Below, piece by piece: positions 56,901-64,000 of a stretch of 64,000 bases of DNA. The DNA comes from Phycisphaeraceae bacterium (GTDB taxonomy: Bacteria > Planctomycetota > Phycisphaerae > Phycisphaerales > Phycisphaeraceae): assembly GCA_028277745.1 (NCBI GenBank), contig JANQFR010000068.1:110676-174675 (forward strand), in the 5' to 3' direction. Made by a program: the position numbers and the translations under genes. The number at the start of each line of letters is the position of its first letter. Within the stretch, counting starts at the first letter, position 1. The notes beneath the pieces are model-generated. The model saw only the letters and a program-made list of their open reading frames with translations, searched no databases and was not told the DNA's origin.

Positions 56901-59296
56901 TCTGACGCGAAATAGGAATTGATGGCATTGACCGTATCCAGGCCGTCGACCCGGCTTTTAATGCCGCGTAAAATCCTGTCTGCGGCGGCGGCTAACGCGG
57001 TAGATCGTTTGTTGCGCTTTTCGGTGATCTGTAGTTTACGGTTTTCGAAAGCGTTGTAGATCTCATCACGTTTTTCGGTTAACTGCAGCACGAAGTCATC
57101 AAACTCCGCGAATCGTCCTTCGACCTCTTCGATCTGAACCATCATCTTGGTCAGGTATTGGTCTGTTTTTTCCGCGGTGTCGCAGAGGTCAAGGTAATTG
57201 ATGACGGATTGATTGAGCAGTTTGAGTTGGCTGTTGAACTCGGCGATGCCCTCAGAGCGGCCGAGGTCTTGGTTTTTGTTGCGGAGGCGGCTGCGCGCGG
57301 CATTCAACTCGCTGAAAATGATCGAGACGGAGTCGAGGATCGCAGTGCGCTGCGTAGCGTCATCGATTTTGAGATTGCTGACGATGTCAATCAGCATCTC
57401 CAGTTCGTTCGATGTCGAAGTAATCTGAGTATCGAGCTCGCTTGCGTCCGCCGCTTTCGTAAGGCTGTCGATCCTGTCCGCCTGTTGCTTAACCGCGTGC
57501 TCATAAGGCGACAGCGCGTCGGGCTGCAGCAGGAAATCTACGGTTCTACGACTCAAGCTTTCCGTCTGATCCTGAACGGAAACCTCCAGAGCATTGACCT
57601 GGGTTTCGTCTATGTAACGCAAGTCACGTAAACTGATAATCTTTCCCCGAATTTCACGGAGTGATGCCAGCGACTCCACAAAGGAATGAATGCTCTCGTA
57701 AATCCGGCTTGCATTGCGATTTATTAATTCGCTGGCGGCGGCTGACGTTTCTTTGAGGTGCGCCTCTGTCGCACGCCGGACGCGCGTGACTTTTTCAAAC
57801 TCCCCCACCGCAGCCAGGCCGGCGTCCTTGATCTGGGTGAGTGTTTCCGCCAGATTGAAACACTCGGAGTGTCCGAGCCAGAAAAAAGAATCCAGCAGGT
57901 CGCTGGTCGCTTTTACAATGTCAACATACAGATCGGCATAGCGTTCTTCGCGTCGGATCAGATTGAGTATGCCGACGCATTCCGCCATACCGCGGACGAT
58001 CTCTTTGTTTCCGATTTTAGATAGATAGGTATCAGACTGTTTTTCTGGGACATAATTCGGGCCGACGTAAGGCGTTTGCCAGATCTGGATGGCGTGGTGT
58101 TTCTGTGGCTCTTCACCGGCTTTGAAGAAGATCAATTCGCCATTGGAAAAGAAACTGTAGCCATTGCAAAGGGTTGGCGTGTCGATCTGCTGCTCGATCA
58201 GGTTGTAGGAAAGCAGCACGTAGACGCCATGCGTCCGGTTATAGAAAACATACAGAAAATCTTCGCCGTTCGGCGCCGCGATGCGGCGCTCAAACACCAT
58301 AGATTCGGTCAGGTCCTGAAGAGTCGGGAAGGTTTGAGTGCGTCCGTCAGCAAGGTAATAGCCATCAGCGAAGATCAGGCCCTGGTCGTCGGGAAGCAGG
58401 ATGCATGCGTGTTCGATAGCATCTAATCGAACGACATTCTGAAGTTTTTCATTAAAGATGAAATAACGATAGTTTGATTCCTGGTAAGGCCTGATGCGTA
58501 GCAGGATAAGATGGCCATGCGCGATGTATGTAATGTCCGCGTCATCTAAGGTCTGATCCGGATCATCGACGGGCTCGGCATAGATCCCGGCGCCGGCGGC
58601 GGTGTTGTTTTCAACCTTGATCGTTAGATCGCCGCCTACGGTTTCGACGAAAACACGGTCCTGGATCGATGCATGGGGATGTTGACCGGTGACGAAATCA
58701 TCACGGGTGACGCGGACCCAATCGAGTTCGTGCTGATCGGGGTAGCGGACTTCGTGGTCAGATCGGTTGTCGATGTAGGTTAGGCGGCCATCTTTTGATA
58801 ACCACTTGAAAGCCTTAAAGTCATCGGGGTGATTGCCGACATGAAATTTCATGTAGATATGCGGCCCGCTGCGGAAGAATTTAGCGAAGGCCGTATTTTT
58901 ATAGAATCGGTAAAGGTCGCGAAAATCTTTTTTGAACCGTTCGTCACCGATGAGTTCGAGGGGCTCTTCATGGAAGGTTGAGCCGTCGAACCGGTAAACG
59001 GAAAAGACATCGGCGAGTTCGATCTCGGTGCGGAGCCCGAACTGGACGTTATATCCAAAGAGGAACCGGTCGCCGATCGGGACCATATCCCGGGGGACGC
59101 AGTTGTTGCTGGTGGTGACGCGTTCCGCACCGACCAGCTTGGTTTCGATCGATCCGAAGACGCTCATACGCGCTTCGTTAAGCTGATCGAGTCGAGACCT
59201 CAGTTCGCGGCCATGATCGGCGAGCCGTTTCTGGATGATCTCATAAGCGCCCTGTTCAAGCTGGGCTTCGGGTTGTTTTGCAGCTTGGTCTGGCAT
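53990..59296 (-). CDS. Giant (1768 aa) uncharacterized protein: N-terminal beta-rich domain, long central coiled coil, MoxR/AAA_5-like P-loop ATPase domain and helical C-terminal region
   Basis: Single uninterrupted ORF at about 51% GC; Walker A LLISPPGYGKTTL, Walker B-like VMIYVDDIQH, AAA_5-like RGRKVAVVMAGNPYTE; coiled-coil segment about residues 520-900. Confidence 0.75.
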   Translation of the reverse strand: MPDQAAKQPEAQLEQGAYEIIQKRLADHGRELRSRLDQLNEARMSVFGSIETKLVGAERVTTSNNCVPRDMVPIGDRFLFGYNVQFGLRTEIELADVFSVYRFDGSTFHEEPLELIGDERFKKDFRDLYRFYKNTAFAKFFRSGPHIYMKFHVGNHPDDFKAFKWLSKDGRLTYIDNRSDHEVRYPDQHELDWVRVTRDDFVTGQHPHASIQDRVFVETVGGDLTIKVENNTAAGAGIYAEPVDDPDQTLDDADITYIAHGHLILLRIRPYQESNYRYFIFNEKLQNVVRLDAIEHACILLPDDQGLIFADGYYLADGRTQTFPTLQDLTESMVFERRIAAPNGEDFLYVFYNRTHGVYVLLSYNLIEQQIDTPTLCNGYSFFSNGELIFFKAGEEPQKHHAIQIWQTPYVGPNYVPEKQSDTYLSKIGNKEIVRGMAECVGILNLIRREERYADLYVDIVKATSDLLDSFFWLGHSECFNLAETLTQIKDAGLAAVGEFEKVTRVRRATEAHLKETSAAASELINRNASRIYESIHSFVESLASLREIRGKIISLRDLRYIDETQVNALEVSVQDQTESLSRRTVDFLLQPDALSPYEHAVKQQADRIDSLTKAADASELDTQITSTSNELEMLIDIVSNLKIDDATQRTAILDSVSIIFSELNAARSRLRNKNQDLGRSEGIAEFNSQLKLLNQSVINYLDLCDTAEKTDQYLTKMMVQIEEVEGRFAEFDDFVLQLTEKRDEIYNAFENRKLQITEKRNKRSTALAAAADRILRGIKSRVDGLDTVNAINSYFASDLMVEKLRDLIDELSDLEDTVKVDDIHSQIKTIREDAVRQLKDRQELMVDGPNTIRFGKHVFSVNTQAVDLTMVLRDDRMNLHISGTRFFEPIEDEALNSDHSIWTQEIVSENPDVYRSEYLAYLMSIDSNAVHLADLDDNALLAHTQKFMSSRYSEGYIKGVHDHDSSKILKALMELDGSIGLLRYPSESRAMAGLYWRTRPEDDDKRLMTLRLCGYGAISGYFPENDEQGRYIDDIRHDITAFNDTHQLFNPAKTKDAGVYLFHELTTGNNRFVASPEAAALYDAFLGRLKTFRAVQKFQRSLDNVADQPVTQFLLACDWLRAFLETNEIDPSKHEGYLSEAALMLLDKPFDHSRIVQASVARTIENLTGSHQRIIDGVLELNYNEFTNRLDRFVTLQAPAFEQYTHRKRMLAEQAREEMRLDEFKPRVLTSFVRNKLIDKVFLPLIGDNLAKQMGSAGENTRTDRMGMLLLISPPGYGKTTLMEYIANRLGVIFMKINGPAIGHSVTSLDPQEASNAAARDELNKLNLAFEMGDNVMIYVDDIQHCSSEFLQKFISLCDAQRKIEGVYKGRPRTYDFRGRKVAVVMAGNPYTESGEKFHIPDMLANRADTYNLGDIIGDHRDAFVMSYLENALTSNPALNQLASRSQEDVYSIIKIAETNSRDDIDFEGNYSSDEINEMVGVMRKLMRVRDVILAVNQEYIRSAGMETKYRTEPAFGLQGSYRNMNRIAEKVSSVMNDDELQTLILSSYEQDAQTLTTGAEANLLKFKELIGIINDQEQGRWEEIKKTFRRNNHLAGIDGDDRTAQVLVQLASFNEGLDEIHQAISTGLSAKDQTELVPLMEQVTRLNTALASIGEAIDASRVVEAKLDEETIDAIRAAAASRPVPPPKSGQESPPHEIRVVNKVPSTFLYVMKEQFNLMKGWLEPLTRITADQDGQLKQLGATLQDMVTKYDTMIAKLERSRSPEE

Positions 59297-59339
59297 GCAA
59301 ATCTAGTATGAAAAAAACTGGTTCTGGTCCGGGAATAAA

Positions 59340-61442
59340 TCACTTGGCGCCGTCGAGAAGGCCGAGTTTGCCGACCTTCTTGTCCGCCAGGCCAGCGGAT
59401 TTGGCGGCGCCGAGCAGGTTCTGCAATTCGGATTTAAGCATGTCGTCGCTGGAAAGACTGATCATCCGCGTGACCAGCGCCGCGACGGTCAGGTTCTTGG
59501 CGTCTTCCGCGTCGATGCCGAACTGCCCGACGAACTGTCGGACCTTACGCTGGAAGTACTCGGGCGAACCATTGAAGAAAGTCGACTTGATGTCGGAGAG
59601 CACCTCGGAGTTGCCGACCATGCGGTCGACTTGTTTGCCGGAGGTGATGGAGTTGATGATGCGGTCGAAGAACTGGCCGTCGCCGCCGACGATATCGATG
59701 TTCGCCTGCTTGAGGGCCTCGGCCAGCACCGCGGCCTGCTCGGCCGCGATCTTCGCCTTGATCTCGATCTCCGCCAGCTCCACCGCTTTTTCTTTGTCGA
59801 GATGGAGCTTGAACTCTTCGTGCTCCTTGCCCACGCCGTCGAGCTTCTTCATGGCTTCGGCCTTGGCGGCGACGCCCTCGGCCTCGGCGGAGTAGTGCTG
59901 GTTCAACGCGCCCGCTTCGGCTTCGCCCCTCTTGGCGATCACATCGGCCTCGGCTTCGCCCTTCCTGGCGGTGACTTCCGCCTCGGCCGTGCCGTAGTTG
60001 CGCACGGCGCCGGCCTTGGCGTCCATCACTTCCGCCTCGGCCAAACCGGAGGCGGCGGTTTCGGCCTGGACCGCCTCGGCGAGCTTCATCTTGCCCAGGG
60101 CTTCCTTCTCCGCGGCCTGGCGCTGAGCCTCGGCCTCGATGAGGACCTCGTCGGCCTGGAACTTGGCGGCGGTCTTGCCCGCCTCGGCCGCCTTGACCTC
60201 CTTGATCAACGCTTCCTCGGCCAACGCCTCGGCGGCGGTGACCTGCACACCCTTTGCACGCGTCGCGGCCGCCAGCTCTTCGGTATCCTTGATGCGCTCC
60301 TGCTCCTCCACCACCGCCCGCTCGACGATGACGCGTTCGCGGATCACGTCCTGGATCTTCTTGCGCTCCACCTCGAGGGCTTTTTCCTTCTCGATCCGGG
60401 CCAGTTCGACCACGCGTTCGCGCTCGGTGGCTTCGAGATCACGTTCGCGCTGGACCCGCTCCTGCTCCACCGCGTGAGTGCGTAGCTTGGACTGTTCGGC
60501 CACAATAACCTGGCGGAGCTTGTTCTCTTCCTGGACACCCAGCTCTTCTTCGGTGGAGATGCGGGCGCGCTCTGATTTAAGTTTTTCCTCTTCGCGAGCT
60601 TTGTCAGCTTGGGCCTGCTCACGTACGGTGATCTCGGCGATCTCGCGCTTCTGCCGCTGCTCGGCTTCGGCCTGCTGTTTCTCCAATTCAAGAATCGCTT
60701 CACGGGCCTCGACGTCCTGCTTGGTGATCGTCTTCTCTTTTTCGCGATTGATGTCGTTGGCGAAGACCTGTTCCCTGGCGGTCAGGTCGGTGATCTTCTT
60801 GATGCCCTCGGCGTCGAGGATGTTGCTGGGGTCAAGCTTGGTGACGTCAGTCTGTTCGAGGTAATCGATGGCGGCGTCGTCCAGGACGTAACCGTTCAGG
60901 TCGGTGCCAAGATGGGCGAGGATTTCCTCTTTAAACTTTTCCCGTTCGGTGTATAGATCGGTGAAGTCAAATTTTTTACCAACGGTTTTGAGGGCTTCGG
61001 AGAACTTGGCGTCAAAGAGTTCGATCAGAGCAGCTTGATCGGATGCTCGCTTGCAACCAATGGACTGAGCGACTTGGAGGACATCTTTCGCCGAATTATT
61101 GACCCGGACAAAGAATGCAACTTTGATATCAGCACGAACATTATCTTTGCAGATCAATCCTTCAGATCCATGTCGATAAATTTCAATCCGTTTGACAGAG
61201 ATGTCCATGATCTCTTCACGGTGGAAAACGGGCCAGACTAAAGTGCCGCTGAAACTAACTTTTACTCCCGAACTGCCCCGCAAAGTGACCCCGGTTCTGA
61301 CCAGCGCCGTTCCCTGCTCAACTTTCCGGAAGCATTTCACAAAAGTAATGACAAAGACAAAAATGATCAGAAGGCCAAACAGGGCGGCTAACGCCCCCAG
61401 GATGCCTAGACTGTTAAGCAATGCGAGTGACGGCATGTACAT
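59340..61442 (-). CDS. Flotillin family protein (SPFH/band-7 domain plus extended Ala/Glu-rich coiled coil, YqiK-like)
   Basis: N-terminal TM helix, SPFH domain, about 350 aa of EA-repeat coiled coil (flotillin domain), C-terminal oligomerization region; 700 aa. Confidence 0.85.
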   Translation of the reverse strand: MYMPSLALLNSLGILGALAALFGLLIIFVFVITFVKCFRKVEQGTALVRTGVTLRGSSGVKVSFSGTLVWPVFHREEIMDISVKRIEIYRHGSEGLICKDNVRADIKVAFFVRVNNSAKDVLQVAQSIGCKRASDQAALIELFDAKFSEALKTVGKKFDFTDLYTEREKFKEEILAHLGTDLNGYVLDDAAIDYLEQTDVTKLDPSNILDAEGIKKITDLTAREQVFANDINREKEKTITKQDVEAREAILELEKQQAEAEQRQKREIAEITVREQAQADKAREEEKLKSERARISTEEELGVQEENKLRQVIVAEQSKLRTHAVEQERVQRERDLEATERERVVELARIEKEKALEVERKKIQDVIRERVIVERAVVEEQERIKDTEELAAATRAKGVQVTAAEALAEEALIKEVKAAEAGKTAAKFQADEVLIEAEAQRQAAEKEALGKMKLAEAVQAETAASGLAEAEVMDAKAGAVRNYGTAEAEVTARKGEAEADVIAKRGEAEAGALNQHYSAEAEGVAAKAEAMKKLDGVGKEHEEFKLHLDKEKAVELAEIEIKAKIAAEQAAVLAEALKQANIDIVGGDGQFFDRIINSITSGKQVDRMVGNSEVLSDIKSTFFNGSPEYFQRKVRQFVGQFGIDAEDAKNLTVAALVTRMISLSSDDMLKSELQNLLGAAKSAGLADKKVGKLGLLDGAK

Positions 61443-61460
61443 TGAAATAACCTCCGGGTT

Positions 61461-62120
61461 TCAAAAACCCCTGATGTAATAGACGTTCCGCGTATCGTCC
61501 TCGGATACGATGACGGCTTCGTCGCCTTTTTTTAAGGTTGATTTGGAATCGCTGGTCCGAGCGTTGAGCAGCAGCGGGGCGCCGTCGGTGTCGACTTCGA
61601 CCTGACCGCGGCGATGGTCGACCGTCAGAGAAACCACGCGGCACCGAGAGCCCACGATATGGATCATTGCCTCGGCTTCTTCCTGGTCCTTGATCTTCTT
61701 GTACAAGATCTTGGCCGGATGCGTGAGGATTTTGGTCACAAAAACAGCTCCGACGATCATGAGCGGCAGGGCGATGAGTTGCGTTAGCACCGCGAGGCTG
61801 CCCGCGATCAGGTAAGTCCCGACGCTGATCGTCCACAGCGTCAGGACAAACACGCTCAGTAGGATCGTCACCGGCACGTAGCCGATGTTGAGGAACCGCA
61901 TCATCGAAACCCCGACCGACGCGTCGCCGATCGACGCGTCGATATCGACGTCGGCGTCTACATCCACGTCCACGTCGGTGTCCACGTCAAAATCGAAGTC
62001 GAGGGACTCGAGGTCGAGGGCGCCGAGGATGACGAACAGCCAATAGATCACGCACAGGCCGAGGATGACGGTCAGCGTCAGGTTGACGGGTGCAAGGCAG
62101 GCTTCGATGAACTCGGTCAT
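61461..62120 (-). CDS. YqiJ/NfeD-like membrane protein with C-terminal OB-fold
   Basis: Two to three TM helices, an acidic DxD repeat loop (DFDFDVDTDVDVDVDADVDID), C-terminal beta-barrel-like VGSRCRVVSLTVDHRRGQVEVDTDGAPLLLNARTSDSKSTLKKGDEAVIVSEDDTRNVYYI; ATG at 62120, with a possible GTG at 62144. Confidence 0.6.
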   Translation of the reverse strand: MTEFIEACLAPVNLTLTVILGLCVIYWLFVILGALDLESLDFDFDVDTDVDVDVDADVDIDASIGDASVGVSMMRFLNIGYVPVTILLSVFVLTLWTISVGTYLIAGSLAVLTQLIALPLMIVGAVFVTKILTHPAKILYKKIKDQEEAEAMIHIVGSRCRVVSLTVDHRRGQVEVDTDGAPLLLNARTSDSKSTLKKGDEAVIVSEDDTRNVYYIRGF

Positions 62121-62257
62121 GGCGTTTGGCCCCCGATGGGTCACGCCAAGGATAGCGGCTTCCGAGGTGGCGTGGGTGGGAATCGGGCCCGGCCTTTCAA
62201 CGAAATTGGGACACCGAACAATCTGGTAACAGTCGGGGGAGTCGGTAGACTGTGGCG

Positions 62258-63973
62258 ATGCTGAGCGAACTGCACATCTCCAATCTCGCGGTGATCGAAG
62301 ACGTGAAGATCGAATTGGCCGGGGGGCTGAATGTGTTCACGGGGCAGACCGGAGCGGGCAAGAGCCTGGTGCTGGGGGCGTTCGAGGTCCTGCTGGGGCT
62401 GCGCAGTGCGGGCGACATGCTCCGGCCGGGCGCGGAGGAGGGGCGGGTGTCGGGGATGTTTGAGGTCGTGGGCGAGCGGAACGTCGTGGCGTTGAGCGCG
62501 ATCGCCGACCAGTCGGTGCAGCCGGGCGAACCGCTGCTGGTGACGCGGAAGCTGTTCGCGTCGGGCCGGTCGAGCTTCTCGATCAACGGCCAGCCGGCCA
62601 CGTCGGGCATGGTCAAGCGGCTGGGGCAGGCGCTGGTGGACATCCATGGCCAGCACGACCACCAGTACCTCCTGCGGCCGTCCAACCAGCTGGAGATCCT
62701 CGACGACTTTGCGGGCTGCTCCGAACCGCGGCGAGCGTTCGCCCAGGCGCATCACGACCTGCGCGAACGCCGGGAGCGTCGGGAGACGCTGATGGCGTCA
62801 CGGACGCTGCGGACCCAGCAGTTGGATTTGTACGTCTTTCAGGCCGAGGAGATCGATTCGGCGGGCCTGACGGAGGGTGAGTTCGCCGAGTTGCAGGCCC
62901 GGCACGCGGTCCTGTCGAATGTGACGAAAATCCAGGCCCAGGCGAGCGGGGTGCAGGCGGCGTTATACGAGACGGAAGGCTCGGTCGTGGCCCGGCTTGA
63001 GATGATGACGCATGTCCTGCAGGGCCTGACCGAGTTGGATGAGACGCTGAGCCCGCTTGCCGAGCAGGTGCGCGGGGCGACGCTCGGGCTCCAGGAAGCC
63101 GCGTTTGAGCTGACGCGCTATCTCGACCGGCTCGAGGCGGATCCGGGCGAGCTGGCGGAGGTGGAAGACCGGCTGAACCTGTTGAACCGCCTCGTGCAGA
63201 AATACGGCGACGCCACGCCCGGCGAAGACCCCGTCGCTTCCGTGCTGGCCTACCGCGAACAGATCGGCGCCGAGATCGCGTCGTTGCGCGAGCAGGATCA
63301 CGACCTGTCCCAGATCGACCGGGAGATCGCCGAGCTCGAAGCGCGCCTGGCGGAGATCGGCACGTCGCTGACCACGGCCCGGGCCAAGGCGGCGAAAAAG
63401 CTCAAGCCGTTGGTTGAGGCGCAGCTCCAGGAGCTGGGGATGGCGGACGCCAAGTTCACGTTTGACATCCAGCCCAGCGAAGACCCCGGCGCCTCGGGGA
63501 TGGACACGGTCGAAATCGTCGTCCAGACCAACCCGGGCCAGGCGTTCCGGCCCCTGCGTCAGATCGCCAGCGGCGGCGAGCTGTCGCGGGTGATGCTCGC
63601 GATCAAGTCGATCCTGGCGGGCCCCGACCGGATCAGCGTGCTGGTGTTCGACGAGGTCGACGCCAACATCGGGGGCCGACTGGGCAGCGTCATCGGCCGG
63701 AAGCTGAGGGAGCTGGCGTGTGCGCCGCGGACGGGCGGGCGCCAGGTGTTGTGTATCACGCACCTGCCGCAGATCGCGGCGTTCGGGGACCGTCACCTGC
63801 GGATCACCAAGCGGGTGGTCGGCCGGGGCGGGCGGAAGCAGGCCCGGACCGAGGTGACGCGGCTGGAAGGCAAAGCCCGGATCGAAGAATTGGCGGAGAT
63901 GATGGCGGGCAAGCAGGTCACCGGCGTCAGCCGCAAGCAGGCGGAGGAGCTGATCGCCGCGGCGACGGCTTGA
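62258..63973 (+). CDS. recN: DNA repair protein RecN
   Basis: MLSELHISNLAVIEDV...FTGQTGAGKSL Walker A, long coiled coil, C-terminal signature ASGGELSRVMLAIK and Walker B VLVFDEVDANIGG. Confidence 0.9.
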   Translation: MLSELHISNLAVIEDVKIELAGGLNVFTGQTGAGKSLVLGAFEVLLGLRSAGDMLRPGAEEGRVSGMFEVVGERNVVALSAIADQSVQPGEPLLVTRKLFASGRSSFSINGQPATSGMVKRLGQALVDIHGQHDHQYLLRPSNQLEILDDFAGCSEPRRAFAQAHHDLRERRERRETLMASRTLRTQQLDLYVFQAEEIDSAGLTEGEFAELQARHAVLSNVTKIQAQASGVQAALYETEGSVVARLEMMTHVLQGLTELDETLSPLAEQVRGATLGLQEAAFELTRYLDRLEADPGELAEVEDRLNLLNRLVQKYGDATPGEDPVASVLAYREQIGAEIASLREQDHDLSQIDREIAELEARLAEIGTSLTTARAKAAKKLKPLVEAQLQELGMADAKFTFDIQPSEDPGASGMDTVEIVVQTNPGQAFRPLRQIASGGELSRVMLAIKSILAGPDRISVLVFDEVDANIGGRLGSVIGRKLRELACAPRTGGRQVLCITHLPQIAAFGDRHLRITKRVVGRGGRKQARTEVTRLEGKARIEELAEMMAGKQVTGVSRKQAEELIAAATA

Positions 63974-64000
63974 CGATGGGAAAGGTTGGGTGCTGATGCT

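Noticed and set aside
62141-62755. 204-aa minus-strand ORF overlapping recN
   Set aside because: Antisense shadow of recN.

Overview
This 64 kb window is high-GC (about 68%) bacterial chromosome on a Planctomycetota-like background. The lineage call is an inference from DUF1559 prepilin-like and PEP-CTERM proteins, abundant sulfatase/glycoside hydrolase content and the composition; no rRNA is present to test it. Gene density is high, with roughly 55 credible CDSs, and many long antisense shadow ORFs typical of high-GC DNA were discarded.

Recognisable housekeeping and accessory genes:
- C-terminal processing protease (partial), radA, rpsD, hpf, rlmN, recN and ansB.
- A TetR regulator with a divergent MFP/RND efflux pair.
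- An AmmeMemoRadiSam radical SAM enzyme and a B12-binding radical SAM enzyme.
- A Kv-type potassium channel and a KdgK-like kinase next to an SDR and a CusF-like protein.
- GNAT, M28, DUF72 and DUF952 proteins.

Three regions stand out:
1. An AraC-controlled candidate operon encodes a PflA-like glycyl-radical activase, a short divergent glycyl radical enzyme (Cys-x-Glu active-site loop, RIAGL instead of RVSGY) and a translationally coupled, leaderless-looking sulfatase, with a GH10-like hydrolase nearby.
2. An 11 kb lower-GC five-gene minus-strand operon (51.3-62.1 kb) encodes a YqiJ/NfeD-like membrane protein, a flotillin, a 1768-aa coiled-coil protein with a MoxR/AAA_5-like ATPase domain, a PspA/IM30 (ESCRT-III superfamily) protein and a classic-clade AAA ATPase. 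This looks like a composite, probably horizontally acquired membrane-remodelling or repair module that is not a described system.
3. Two small low-GC islets: 30.0-32.6 kb, bracketed by about 90 bp direct repeats, and 37.2-38.3 kb at about 42% GC.

The window also carries at least five families of short repeated palindromic intergenic elements, two clean intrinsic terminators, and an octamer-repeat inverted array spanning the start of a secreted GH10-like gene. No tRNA, rRNA, CRISPR array, transposase or integrase was found.
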